NCBI GenBank assembly: GCA_965222615.1
Contig: CBDCUI010000009.1
Span: 576,001 to 640,000, forward strand
Direction of reading: 5' to 3'
Source: Gammaproteobacteria bacterium
GTDB taxonomy: Bacteria > Pseudomonadota > Gammaproteobacteria > UBA4575
Length of the DNA stretch: 64,000 bases
Shown: positions 10,868 through 20,849 of the stretch, piece after piece
Numbering within the stretch: the stretch's first letter is position 1
How the letters are laid out: the number at the start of each line of letters is the position of its first letter
Program-made: the position numbers and the translations under genes
Notes under the pieces: model-generated
Told to the model about the DNA's origin: nothing
The model's database searches: none
The model's input: the letters and a program-made list of their open reading frames with translations, nothing else

Positions 10868-12514
10868 TTATGCCTTAGGGGCGACAGGAATTATTTCATG
10901 TTTATGTAAGTAGTCATCGCTGATTGCGTAGTTATTAAATTTAACCGAATAATAGTCTTCAAAGAACGGTTCAATTTCTTCAGCAATATCATCATTGTAG
11001 CCAGGCTTGCTATGCAGAAGCTTGCCTTTATGATCGGTAGCAAATTCATGATCTTTAATCACCGTTACACCATCTTTAATAACATAGCGTGGTGCATTAA
11101 ACATCGCTTCTTTATCTTCTTCTTCGGTATACACTGTAATATCGGCATCAGCCCCTACACCAAGCTGACCTTTGTTACTCAGACCCAATGCCCGTGCTGG
11201 ACCTGCACGAGTGATAATAGCGATTTCATTTAACGTGTACTCGCGATCTAATTCTCGCAAACTGGTTTTATCGATCGCTTTTTGATTTACCTTGCTTAAC
11301 GCTTCTTTACGATAGGCACTATCCATTAAAAGTTTTATTAGTTTTGGATAACTCATGAAAGATCCACCATTGGGATGGTCGGTGGACAACAATACTCTCC
11401 ACGGATCTTTAGAATGTAGAAATAACTCCAAACCCATTGCCCATTGCAAAGCATGGGTATATATATGATCTTGATAGGTAAATGGAATAATTCCACAGCC
11501 ACTTTCACATTCTGTATCTGCATTTATCCACTTATTAAATTTCACATTACGCAACATCCATGCTAATGGCGCATCTGCCGTCATGGCAGTCGCTTTTCCA
11601 AACATGACTTGTCCTACGTCAGCAGTGATGTTTTCGTTATCGTTTATATAATCGATTATTGAACGCACACCAGATATGGCATTTTTGTTTAGTTCGCCGC
11701 CAAAACTATGAAACTGAATGTGCGCCATGTGCACGCGTCGACCTTGTGCAGCTTTCATGGTGTCTAGCGTTGTACTGATGTTGCCGCTGTGGCCTAAATT
11801 ATTGCAGTGAATATGTGGTGGATGCGGTAAACCTAATTCATGTGCAGCTTCAATAAAACTTTCTATAACATGGTTTGGCGTAATGTCGTAATAATCAATA
11901 TTATCGTTTACATCGGTTATATTGGCATTCTTGCGACCTTTCCATAGCTCATCACTACCTACATTGACAAGCTTAAGCGTGTAGGCATGCACTGAATCAA
12001 TCCACCATGCGATGGCTTCCTTAAACTCTTTTTTACGCCCTTCTTTTAAAAGCTTGTATAGGAAAGCATTGTTACCCAGCAATACGTAAAAACCTTTATC
12101 AATCACAGGGGTATCATCAAGTTCCTCTAAGCTGTGCCTGGCGGTAATGGGAGGAACCGCTGCTTCCATCGCAGTTGTGTAACCCATCGTGGCATAACGA
12201 TAGCCCGTTGCAAATGTAGAAGGTACCACACCGCCCGTTCCAGAGCGGGTAACTGCAGTTTTGGGGTGCACATCTAAACGGTGGTCTTCCGGTTGCAATT
12301 TACGCGCTAGGTTTACTTTTGCACCAGCTATATGACAATGAATATCCACTGCACCCGGCATAACTACCATGCCATGTGCATCAATTTTCTTAGCTGAGCT
12401 TGAAACGGAATCGACGATCTTGCCATCTCGAACAAAGATGTCTTTTATTTCCCCGTCAATGTTATTTGCAGGGTCGTAAACACGACCATTCACAATTTTT
12501 AGTTCAGATGACAT
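10868..12514 (-). CDS. fhcA: Formylmethanofuran dehydrogenase / Fhc subunit A (binuclear amidohydrolase)
   Basis: DIHCHIAG, HIHCNNLG, HIQFH, STDHPNGG metal ligands. Confidence 0.95.
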   Translation of the reverse strand: MSSELKIVNGRVYDPANNIDGEIKDIFVRDGKIVDSVSSSAKKIDAHGMVVMPGAVDIHCHIAGAKVNLARKLQPEDHRLDVHPKTAVTRSGTGGVVPSTFATGYRYATMGYTTAMEAAVPPITARHSLEELDDTPVIDKGFYVLLGNNAFLYKLLKEGRKKEFKEAIAWWIDSVHAYTLKLVNVGSDELWKGRKNANITDVNDNIDYYDITPNHVIESFIEAAHELGLPHPPHIHCNNLGHSGNISTTLDTMKAAQGRRVHMAHIQFHSFGGELNKNAISGVRSIIDYINDNENITADVGQVMFGKATAMTADAPLAWMLRNVKFNKWINADTECESGCGIIPFTYQDHIYTHALQWAMGLELFLHSKDPWRVLLSTDHPNGGSFMSYPKLIKLLMDSAYRKEALSKVNQKAIDKTSLRELDREYTLNEIAIITRAGPARALGLSNKGQLGVGADADITVYTEEEDKEAMFNAPRYVIKDGVTVIKDHEFATDHKGKLLHSKPGYNDDIAEEIEPFFEDYYSVKFNNYAISDDYLHKHEIIPVAPKA

Positions 12515-12664
12515 GTTTTATTTATTTTATTCTAACGAAGGGGTATTTTTTTGATTATTTAAGATACTTACTTTATCTACGTTTTTATAATTTTATTATC
12601 TCAGCAGCATTTGGTGTAATGTGAATGAACTCCTTCCTACTTCACAATAAACACAACAGGATAA

Positions 12665-14047
12665 TTAGGCTGCGATTCTGGCTTTCTTACCTTTCAATAA
12701 CTGCTTAACTCGATCACGAATACCTTCTAAAACTTGTTGGTCAGTTGGATAATGTGATTCAAATGCTGGACGTAGTGTAATTGGCACATCATCCATTCTA
12801 TATACTGTCCCACCAGTGTTAATTCCGTACGTTGCTACAGCAAATCGAACTTTAGCAATACTGCTAGTAACCGTATCTTTTGTATCCAATGAGATGATAG
12901 GAATCTTTTTCATATGCTCGATCGCGGCTTTAGGAAAATTGGAAGCCGGATCGGATGCGATAATCATGGCTGCATCCGTTTCACCACGAGATAACACATC
13001 GGTTGTGGTGAACTCACCTGGATTAAATCTCGGATAACCTCGATTGAAATTAACCCCAAAAGGATATCCTGTTTGCCAAGAGACCACATTGTCGGCACCT
13101 GTTACATTGCCATGACCACGCACGGGCTTGGCTACAAAGTGAGTAAACTCGTTTAAATCTGCTGCCAAAGACAATAAAGCACCTGAATTAAAATGGCGAC
13201 CCCGCGTCATGGTCAAGCCCATACCAAAAAACAACACGCCGTATTGACAATTTTTCATGCGATGAACTAAGTCATTTAACATTTCACGCGATACACCAGT
13301 CTCTTCTTCAATATTGCTTGCAATCTTCTTGCCTTTCACTAATGCGCGCAAAGCCCATAACACCTCGAAATCTTTACCTGGTTTTATTTGCACAAAAATA
13401 TCAGCAACCGGAGTGCTTGGTGTTTTGCGTACATCGACAAGCACTACCGTGCGGTCTTTTTTACCATTTGGTATAAACATACCTTTAGGGGTAACTGCAT
13501 AACGAGTGAAATGTCTTGGATGAGATTCTGCTGGATTGCCTCCCCAATAAATAACCAGATCAGCACGATTTTTAATCTCACCTAAGGTCGCCGTGCTTTC
13601 TCCTACGCCTTGGAATGCCATTCCAGAAGGACCATGACAAACAGAAGTTGTGGTGTCGATATTTCCATTTATCGTATCCATAATGTCGACCGCAACTCGT
13701 TGTGCTTCACATGGTGAATCACTTAAACCATATGTGATGGGAAACTTTGCATTTACCAAAATTTTTGCAGCGGCCTCAATGCCTTCTTCCAAGCTGGCTT
13801 TCTTACCATCAATGAGTACTTCCGGACGGGTATCTAGCGTATGCTCATAAAACCATGCACGCCCTAACACACAGGCTCTTTTTGCTTTGGTTATGCGATG
13901 CTCATCTAGATCGACCGTGAGTTCCATATCATCACAAACACAACCACAAAATGTACACGTAGCATCTTTAACAATTTTGATGTTCTTTTTCTGATCTGGC
14001 TTTTTAGGCCCAGGTTTTTTTTCAGTTGATGTAGTTGTTTCAGTCAT
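12665..14047 (-). CDS. fwdB: Formylmethanofuran dehydrogenase subunit B with intact Mo/W-pterin and [4Fe-4S] motifs
   Basis: CTFCGCVCDD...ACVLG (four Cys), SVCHGPS catalytic Cys-His, NPAESHPRH, RGHGNVTG. Start refined to MTET at 14047. Confidence 0.9.
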   Translation of the reverse strand: MTETTTSTEKKPGPKKPDQKKNIKIVKDATCTFCGCVCDDMELTVDLDEHRITKAKRACVLGRAWFYEHTLDTRPEVLIDGKKASLEEGIEAAAKILVNAKFPITYGLSDSPCEAQRVAVDIMDTINGNIDTTTSVCHGPSGMAFQGVGESTATLGEIKNRADLVIYWGGNPAESHPRHFTRYAVTPKGMFIPNGKKDRTVVLVDVRKTPSTPVADIFVQIKPGKDFEVLWALRALVKGKKIASNIEEETGVSREMLNDLVHRMKNCQYGVLFFGMGLTMTRGRHFNSGALLSLAADLNEFTHFVAKPVRGHGNVTGADNVVSWQTGYPFGVNFNRGYPRFNPGEFTTTDVLSRGETDAAMIIASDPASNFPKAAIEHMKKIPIISLDTKDTVTSSIAKVRFAVATYGINTGGTVYRMDDVPITLRPAFESHYPTDQQVLEGIRDRVKQLLKGKKARIAA

Positions 14048-14079
14048 AAAAAATATTCCAACTATCAATAATTACTTAA

Positions 14080-14424
14080 TTACCTAGCCTTAGAGACTAC
14101 GACTTCCATGTGCTTCGACAATGGCATACCAGTACCTGCCGTATCAGAAGCCATTAATTGACTCGACGGTGGGCCGTATGGAATAAATATCACACCTTGC
14201 GGCAAATCCGCATCCTTTTTTGAAATACAACTGACTACTGTCTGCCCAACTTCTGATTTCAAACGTATTTTATCGCCATCCTTAAGTTTAAGACGCCTCA
14301 TATCTTTTTCGTTCAATTCCGCGGTGGAGGTAACTTTTTTGTATTCATCCTTTAGTTTACCTTCATTTAATGACGTACCCTGCGATTGCGAACGCCCCGG
14401 TATCAATATCATGGTCTCCGCCAT
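14080..14424 (-). CDS. fwdD: Formylmethanofuran dehydrogenase subunit D (molybdopterin dinucleotide-binding domain)
   Basis: LIPGRSxxQG N-terminus, FIPYGP, TAGTGMPxSK; immediately upstream of fwdB. Confidence 0.85.
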   Translation of the reverse strand: MAETMILIPGRSQSQGTSLNEGKLKDEYKKVTSTAELNEKDMRRLKLKDGDKIRLKSEVGQTVVSCISKKDADLPQGVIFIPYGPPSSQLMASDTAGTGMPLSKHMEVVVSKAR

Positions 14425-14751
14425 CTAGAATTCCTTTACATTACATATAGTAATAGGCTCAACTTAATAAATTCGTTTGCGAGCGAGAGAAAATGGAGAA
14501 GCGGTCAGAATCCATCAGTGATAGAACTGCCAGTATCTACCGAATCCAGCTAACTTAGTCGGTAGTGTGTGCTAACTCTGCAGACTGTGAATACTACCAT
14601 ATTATACGGAATATTCTCTTATCTACCCTTCCAAATTAGATACCTCAACCGGACTTGGTTACTAAAGTGAACAAGAATTAAACAGCATTTGGCTAGCCTC
14701 ACCAGGATGAAATTCGTTACACTCCCATCTAATATTACATTTGAAAATTAA

Positions 14752-14895
14752 GGAAGCTCTGATTTATTAATGAAATGTCTGGGACAAGGCAAAAAATGTT
14801 GAGAAAGTGGAGTGTATATTAGGAATACATGAACATTTTGAGACATTTTTTAACGCCCTAAAAGATTAATTAGGGCAGAATAAATCAGAGTTTCC
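14752..14895. repeat. Palindromic MITE-like repeat, family A, copy 2
   Basis: Terminal inverted repeats GGAAGCTCTGATTTATT...AATAAATCAGAGTTTCC with the same core as copy 1. Confidence 0.85.
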
Positions 14896-14923
14896 ATAAC
14901 TATTATCTCTGGAGGACCCCATC

Positions 14924-15196
14924 ATGCCTAAGTACATCATTGAACGCGAAATTCCTGGTGCTGGAAATTTGACTACCGCTGAGTTGCAAGGAATCTCACA
15001 AAAATCGTGCAGTATTTTACAAAATATGGGTCCGCAAATTCAGTGGGTAGAAAGCGTAGTAACCGATGACAAAGTTTACTGCACCTATATTGCTCCTAAT
15101 GAAGAAGAGATTCGTAAACATGCCGATGAAGGTGGATTCCCTGCAAACAAGATTGCAGAAATAAAGGGGATGATTGACCCTACTACAGCAGAATAA
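14924..15196 (+). CDS. DUF4242 family small protein
   Basis: MPKYIIEREIPGAG...DKVYCTYIAP...HAxxGGFPAN; GGAGG RBS. Confidence 0.85.
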   Translation: MPKYIIEREIPGAGNLTTAELQGISQKSCSILQNMGPQIQWVESVVTDDKVYCTYIAPNEEEIRKHADEGGFPANKIAEIKGMIDPTTAE

Positions 15197-15203
15197 CAAC
15201 TAA

Positions 15204-15252
15204 GGAAGCTATGATTTATTCTGCCTTAATTAAATATTAATGGCGTTAAAAA
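15204..15252. repeat. Family A repeat, partial copy inverted relative to copy 2
   Basis: GGAAGCTATGATTTATTCTGCCTTAATTAA...GGCGTTAAAAA matches the reverse complement of the right end of 14752-14895. Confidence 0.75.
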
Positions 15253-15394
15253 GATAGTTCTTGGCTTAGGATTTTCCACAAATAAAGTAAAGCCACTCAG
15301 TGCTCGTAAGAGATAGCGATATACGGTTTTCGCTCTCTCACCACTACAGTTCTCTTCCTAAACATGTTCTCTTGAGAGCAAGGTACTTTTGTTA

Positions 15395-15604
15395 CGGCAA
15401 TAGCGAGCACATGGATGTGTGAGAGAAAGTTCGCATCAAGGATGATGCGCACAATTAATTACTCGCCTTACTCTGAAAATATCTTGCGCTTCTCAGCGTG
15501 ATGTAAAGCGCATAGAAGATGTGCAGATGGGGAAAAATACCTTTGAATCTTGGCCTGCTTAGGCACGTGTCTTACAGTGCCTGGTTGTTTGAATCTAAAC
15601 TTTT
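15395..15604. repeat. Intergenic repeat family B, copy 1
   Basis: Reverse complement shares CAACCAGGCACTGTAAGACAC..AAGCAGGC.AAGATT and GCATCATCC.TGATGC...TCACACATCC..GTGCTC with 55582-55693. Confidence 0.75.
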
Positions 15605-15609
15605 GCAAT

Positions 15610-15900
15610 TTAAGGACTACCGAAGATACAGCCTGACTTCGTTATGACTATAGGAAAATCACCAAGATCTCGCATAACTTGCGCAGTATTATAATTTTCT
15701 AACATTGTTTTTACTTCTTCAGCTTGAAGGCCTTCGATAGACTCATGCATAACACGTAAAACATAAGTTTTAGTGTTTTCCGTTACGTTAAAATTTATGC
15801 TTTCCTGCATTTCATGTTCCCACTGCTCAATGATCGCATTAACAAAATTTGCTGCAAGATAGGCTTGGATAGAACTGACTATATCAATAGCATAAGACAT
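15610..15900 (-). CDS. Hypothetical protein, last gene of the mto operon
   Basis: 96-aa ORF 11 bp after the TlpA gene, same strand. Confidence 0.65.
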   Translation of the reverse strand: MSYAIDIVSSIQAYLAANFVNAIIEQWEHEMQESINFNVTENTKTYVLRVMHESIEGLQAEEVKTMLENYNTAQVMRDLGDFPIVITKSGCIFGSP

Positions 15901-15911
15901 TCAAAACATTT

Positions 15912-16565
15912 TTAGTTTGGAAGCATTCGCTCGAATACCTTTGGAATCTCACAGTTCCATCCTATTGATTCTTTAAGATAGGCAAAAAAAGACTTCTTCT
16001 CTTCTGATTTTATTTGGTCTGTTTGCGTCCCCTCATTGCTAGCCATTCGCTCATAACCAACTAGCAATCCATCTATGAAATTTATCATCTCTGGTGAATC
16101 CCATTCACGCTCACCAACGGCCTTATAAACTATCTTTCCATCAGGATCGATTAAATAGGTAGTTGGCAAACCTCGCACTTCCCAACTCGCTAGGCTCATA
16201 TCCTTATCTAAAAGAATCGTAAACGAGACAGGTACAGACTTTAAGAACTTTTTGACACCAGCCAAACTAGGACCCACGTGGACACCAACTACTTCTAGCC
16301 CACGGTTATTAAGTTGTTTGTAGAGATTATCCATTGCGGGCATCTCTTCTCTACACGGCGCACACCAGGTTGCCCAAAAGTTGAGTAATACGAATCTCCC
16401 TTTGAAATCTTCCAAACTAATTTTTCCACCTTTAACTGAATCGAGATTAAATCCATTTGCGCGAGGCGTACCTGCAACAGGATCCATAGGCTCAACCGCA
16501 GCTGCAATATCCATAACCATTAGCATACATACAGCAAACAAAAAGAAACTCTTTAAATTAAGCAT
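15912..16565 (-). CDS. TlpA/ResA-like thiol-disulfide oxidoreductase
   Basis: NFWATWCAPCREEMP, GLPTT; N-terminal signal. Confidence 0.92.
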   Translation of the reverse strand: MLNLKSFFLFAVCMLMVMDIAAAVEPMDPVAGTPRANGFNLDSVKGGKISLEDFKGRFVLLNFWATWCAPCREEMPAMDNLYKQLNNRGLEVVGVHVGPSLAGVKKFLKSVPVSFTILLDKDMSLASWEVRGLPTTYLIDPDGKIVYKAVGEREWDSPEMINFIDGLLVGYERMASNEGTQTDQIKSEEKKSFFAYLKESIGWNCEIPKVFERMLPN

Positions 16566-16649
16566 TGTTGCATTTCCCTCTAGCTGGCAATTTACACTAT
16601 TAATCTATATGGCTTGGATCAAAATTTTAGCAATTAGTTCGTCACTGAT

Positions 16650-17213
16650 TTAGTGATTATACCGAGATACTTTGAGGTCTTTACTATCTAAAAGTGCCCG
16701 TAAAAAATCGATCATAAAAGGCGAGTTCCATACACGTGTACCCACAGCACGATAACGTATATTCCCATCAGGCCCAACAATAAATGATGTAGGTAATACT
16801 GGTATGCCCCATTCACCCAGCTGCAACTCCATATCCACTAATACTGGATAGGTAATTTCATTAAGCTCGACAACAGAATGTACCCCATCGATATTATCAC
16901 CGGCGTGGATAGAAAGAATCATGAATTTATTGCTATCAAGTAATTCATAGGCACTCTGCAATGTAGTCATTTCACTTTTACATACATTGCATGACATCGC
17001 CCAAAAATTCACCAATACAAACTTACCACGAAAGTCATTCAGCTCATGTTGTTCGCCGGCTATATCAAATAACTTAAAGTTCTGTGCTTGTACATTAGGG
17101 GGATACGGATCCATTAAACGTCCTTCATCCGCATTGAGGCCAAATGCAAAAGAATAGAGTATTAGCTGAACAAAAAAATGTACAAGTGTATTTGTATTGA
17201 TTTTATTTAACAT
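16650..17213 (-). CDS. TlpA/ResA-like thiol-disulfide oxidoreductase (second paralogue)
   Basis: NFWAMSCNVCKSEM, VLPTS. Confidence 0.88.
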   Translation of the reverse strand: MLNKINTNTLVHFFVQLILYSFAFGLNADEGRLMDPYPPNVQAQNFKLFDIAGEQHELNDFRGKFVLVNFWAMSCNVCKSEMTTLQSAYELLDSNKFMILSIHAGDNIDGVHSVVELNEITYPVLVDMELQLGEWGIPVLPTSFIVGPDGNIRYRAVGTRVWNSPFMIDFLRALLDSKDLKVSRYNH

Positions 17214-17265
17214 CTAGTACTTTAATCTGTTCCCGCGTGTCCGAAAGTTTCTGCTACAGCTAACT

Positions 17266-18618
17266 CTAGTACTCAAGCTTATTGTCATGCGCCCAATTTG
17301 GATCATCCGCACTCAAATCTCCGATTGGTGCAGCAAAGGCATCCGCTACCAAAGTGGCAATATTACCTGCTGTCAAAGAATCTAGAAAAGCAAGTAAATC
17401 ATCCACTTCTTCTTCACTAAGGTCTATTGGCTTAATTAAAGGGCTTAATAATTCATTTTCAATACCGCCCTGCATATAAAACTCAATTACTTCACGCAAA
17501 GTCTGCAAAGAGCCATCATGCATATAAGGTGCGGTTAAAGCGACATTCCTAAGTATAGGGGTACGATACTTCCAACGGTCATTAGGATTTTCTGTAATCT
17601 CATACAAGCCTAGATCATTTTCTTTTGGCTTTGAAACTGCTTGAATCTTGCTCATATCCATATCCGCATATATGCCTGGGGCTAACTGCACCCTTTTCTT
17701 CTTCGGTACAATCCCCATCGAAGTTTGATAGCCCAAACCTGTATTATGCAATTTGTTATCGGTAAATAATGCATAGTCATCTTGGATTAAATGACAAGAA
17801 CTACAAGCACCCTTACCGGTAAATATTTTGAAACCTCTTTTCACTTGCTCACTTACAGCGTTTTCTTCTTTACCAAAATACCATCGATCAAACGGTGAGT
17901 TAGCAGCGTTAAGTACCCGCTGGTAACTTGCTAACGCCATGCCAATTGTCTCCATTGATGCACTGCGTCCATCAAAAGCGGTTTCAAAAAGCCCATCATA
18001 CTCATTTATTGCGTTAACTTTATTAATTACGTAACCAATAGAAGGATTAGCCATTTCATTTCGTGCTAAAAGTGGCGCCCATACTTGTTGTTCTAGTGTT
18101 GATTCACGTCCATCATGGAAAAGCTTTGTTAAATATGCAGTGTTATAAATGGTTGGAGAATTACGTCTAACAGAACGACCCTCTACACCCACTGCGGTTT
18201 GTATTTCGTTATTAGTAAAACCTTGCTCTGGAATATGGCAAATAGCACATGAGAACGTATCATTAATTGACAAACGTCGATCAAAAAATAGCTTTCTACC
18301 TAATGCAACTTTTTCTTTGGTAATTGGGTTATCTACTGGTAAAGGCACAGCAGGCAACCCTAATGGCGGATTAGTAATAAACTCTAGAAGGTTGGCTTCT
18401 TTGCCTGTACGCTTTTGTATATCTAGCGTTCTAGTCTGGTAATCTGGCGAATCATATCCTTCTTTAACATCACCTGGACCATACAAAGCCTTATTTTCCG
18501 ACTGAGAATCTTCGGTTCTACTTTGCAAATCACTTGATAATATCAATACCATTAACACTGAAGTAACTAATACAGTGTTGGAAAAAACTGGTATGAGTTG
18601 TTTAATAATTTGTCTCAC
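17266..18618 (-). CDS. MauG-like di-heme cytochrome c peroxidase (MTO maturation)
   Basis: CAICH and CSSCH heme motifs, RNSPT, TAPYMHDG; in operon with mtoX and SCO. Confidence 0.9.
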   Translation of the reverse strand: MRQIIKQLIPVFSNTVLVTSVLMVLILSSDLQSRTEDSQSENKALYGPGDVKEGYDSPDYQTRTLDIQKRTGKEANLLEFITNPPLGLPAVPLPVDNPITKEKVALGRKLFFDRRLSINDTFSCAICHIPEQGFTNNEIQTAVGVEGRSVRRNSPTIYNTAYLTKLFHDGRESTLEQQVWAPLLARNEMANPSIGYVINKVNAINEYDGLFETAFDGRSASMETIGMALASYQRVLNAANSPFDRWYFGKEENAVSEQVKRGFKIFTGKGACSSCHLIQDDYALFTDNKLHNTGLGYQTSMGIVPKKKRVQLAPGIYADMDMSKIQAVSKPKENDLGLYEITENPNDRWKYRTPILRNVALTAPYMHDGSLQTLREVIEFYMQGGIENELLSPLIKPIDLSEEEVDDLLAFLDSLTAGNIATLVADAFAAPIGDLSADDPNWAHDNKLEY

Positions 18619-19358
18619 CCTTCAATATCCGCTTTTAATAAACCTTCTTCCATAAGTAAGGTTTTAATGTCCGTTGTAACCAATTCATCATGCAAAAAAG
18701 ACACACTATATTCTTGTCGAATCGCTTTTGATCGATCAATTAAAAATGCTCGCAAGACGTGCGCCATAGATCCCGTATAGTTACCTTGATCATCGTATTC
18801 CTTTATCACTAACTGCCCATATCGCTTGATGATGGGTTCTAAGGCTTTTTCAGAAGCGGTAGTTAAAAATAACCACTGTGGATCACCTTCGTCAAAACCT
18901 GCAGCATATAGTCTCATCACTTCGGGAGTATCATGCTCAGGATCAAAGCTGATACTTATTAAGCGTATTGTATTAGCAAGTTCTGGGTCATGCTTAAACC
19001 GTTCTTTAACCTTATAGAACACAGCTGTAGCAAGTGGACATCCATTTAGATCGGTACAACTACTGTATATAAAAGTTAGTAATACGATTTTGTCATTAAG
19101 TAAATCACTTAATTCGAGTTCTTCCCCATTAACACCGAGTACTGTGCCTCCACCTGCGGTATTTATCTTTGGTAGTTCATACGAACCTGGCTTAGGCACC
19201 TCATAAGGCAAGGTTGCTACCCAGCCATCTGCGGCAATCATGACTTCAGCCTGCGCAGCACGAGAACCTGGCAAAGGGGTATCCTCGTCGACATTACCTC
19301 CGCATGCCAATACAAGCACCGATAGCAGACAAATCAATATAAAATTTAGAATTTTCAT
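18615..19358 (-). CDS. SCO1/SenC copper chaperone lipoprotein (mto operon)
   Basis: Lipobox VLAC, CTDLNGCP, ISFDPEHD, MAH copper-ligand His. Confidence 0.88.
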   Translation of the reverse strand: MKILNFILICLLSVLVLACGGNVDEDTPLPGSRAAQAEVMIAADGWVATLPYEVPKPGSYELPKINTAGGGTVLGVNGEELELSDLLNDKIVLLTFIYSSCTDLNGCPLATAVFYKVKERFKHDPELANTIRLISISFDPEHDTPEVMRLYAAGFDEGDPQWLFLTTASEKALEPIIKRYGQLVIKEYDDQGNYTGSMAHVLRAFLIDRSKAIRQEYSVSFLHDELVTTDIKTLLMEEGLLKADIEG

Positions 19359-19380
19359 CTATGAAAACTTTGCAGAAACA

Positions 19381-19408
19381 ACAAGGCCGCCTCGAGGGCG
19401 GCCCTGTT
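19381..19408 (-). terminator. GC hairpin after mtoX (partial terminator or mRNA stabiliser)
   Basis: GGCCGCC / GGCGGCC stem between mtoX and SCO. Confidence 0.55.
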
Positions 19409-19469
19409 TCAACAATTTAAAGTCCTAGCTTTAGACTACTACTTACATCACTGTAACAGAGCCTGCACC

Positions 19470-20849
19470 TTACTTTACTTGAGACAGCATCGTGTCTGTA
19501 GAGTTCGGCTTTTGAGAGTAGAGTGAATAAGCTCCAAATCGCATTTGATGTGCGCGTCCTAACTTTAACTCATAAAAGTCAACTTCAAACTCCAGCTCAA
19601 GTTTTTTACCATTCCACGTATACAGCTTCATAAACTGCTCATCTTGGTCACCGGTTTTATCCCAGTTACCCAATAAAGACGTTGTGTAATAGTTACGTTT
19701 GCCATCCCAACTTTGTGAGACCATATTTACTTGCGAACCAACTACATGCTCATAGGTTTGCTTGGGAGCAAATGGATCTGAAATATCAAAATAGCGAGTT
19801 TTGCCATCCATGAAGGTTTGCACCCAAAGACCTTGATCATCTGCAGTAATAGAGATATCAACCGGCAACGGAACTTTTGAAGGATCACCAATATCGGCAA
19901 CCGCTTTGGCCTGCCATTCACCTTCATCATCTTCATAAATTAACCAGATTTGTGAGGTTAAGGCAGTAGTAGTCAAACAATAGTTGTTATTCGCACCCCA
20001 AGCACAGCGAATTTCTAATGGAGCACCTGGCACATCCAAGACTTTCTTAGGTTTACGTGTATGTAAGTCCCAAACTACTACAGTATTACCAAAACGCTTC
20101 ATCGCCTCTTCATCTTGGAGCATTTTGCCGAAATCCATCATGTAGTTAGACCAGCCAGTAAAAGATGAAGTAACCATGATATTTCTACGAGGTAATGCTC
20201 GCACATCATAACCATAGCCATCAGCGAAATCCCCACCTTTCTCTGCACCTCTCAGATCTTCATCTGTTGGGTTCCAGTGTGCGGCAACAAAATCACCTTC
20301 ATTAGTAAACTCTGCAATACCAGTACGACCACCATGATCTACATTATTGGATAAAGCGCTGACCATAATACGGCCTGGCAATGCATACATCGTATGTGGA
20401 CCAACCATACCGCCAGTCTTTTCTACAAAATCGGTGATAACTTTATGTAATGTTGGTTTTCCTGGGTTGGTATGCACATCAAAAATGAAAATTTTGTTGC
20501 TGTCCAAACCACCAGCAAATAAATAACGCCGGTCATCCGTTAAACCTGAATGATGCGCTTCGTTACGGCCGCCTACTGAAAGGACGTTGACCACTTTTCC
20601 ATAATTTTTAGATTCAGGGTTTACGGAAATGGTAACAAGCTTATCTTGCTCATCCCCCAAACCTTCAACCCCTAATGTCCAGACATAGACATAATCTTCC
20701 TGTCCAACAATCTTTGCCATATAGGGGGACATACACGTCTCATCTGCCATTGCGGTTGAATGAAAACCAATTACTGATGCAAATGCAACACACACAAACG
20801 TGATTGCACTATGCATCCATTTGGCTCGTGAATTTGCCATTTTATTCAT
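19470..20849 (-). CDS. mtoX: Methanethiol oxidase (SBP56/SELENBP1 family), periplasmic
   Basis: Signal peptide then DETCMSPY, NEAHH, GPHT, FTGWSNY and GNWDK Trp motifs, RAHQMRFG; canonical mtoX-SCO-MauG order. Confidence 0.92.
   Translation of the reverse strand: MNKMANSRAKWMHSAITFVCVAFASVIGFHSTAMADETCMSPYMAKIVGQEDYVYVWTLGVEGLGDEQDKLVTISVNPESKNYGKVVNVLSVGGRNEAHHSGLTDDRRYLFAGGLDSNKIFIFDVHTNPGKPTLHKVITDFVEKTGGMVGPHTMYALPGRIMVSALSNNVDHGGRTGIAEFTNEGDFVAAHWNPTDEDLRGAEKGGDFADGYGYDVRALPRRNIMVTSSFTGWSNYMMDFGKMLQDEEAMKRFGNTVVVWDLHTRKPKKVLDVPGAPLEIRCAWGANNNYCLTTTALTSQIWLIYEDDEGEWQAKAVADIGDPSKVPLPVDISITADDQGLWVQTFMDGKTRYFDISDPFAPKQTYEHVVGSQVNMVSQSWDGKRNYYTTSLLGNWDKTGDQDEQFMKLYTWNGKKLELEFEVDFYELKLGRAHQMRFGAYSLYSQKPNSTDTMLSQVK

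Noticed and set aside
9893-12664. Very AT-rich spacers within the fwd/fhc operon (9893-9943 and 12515-12664)
   Set aside because: No credible ORF, repeat or stable structure found; probably ordinary low-complexity spacers.
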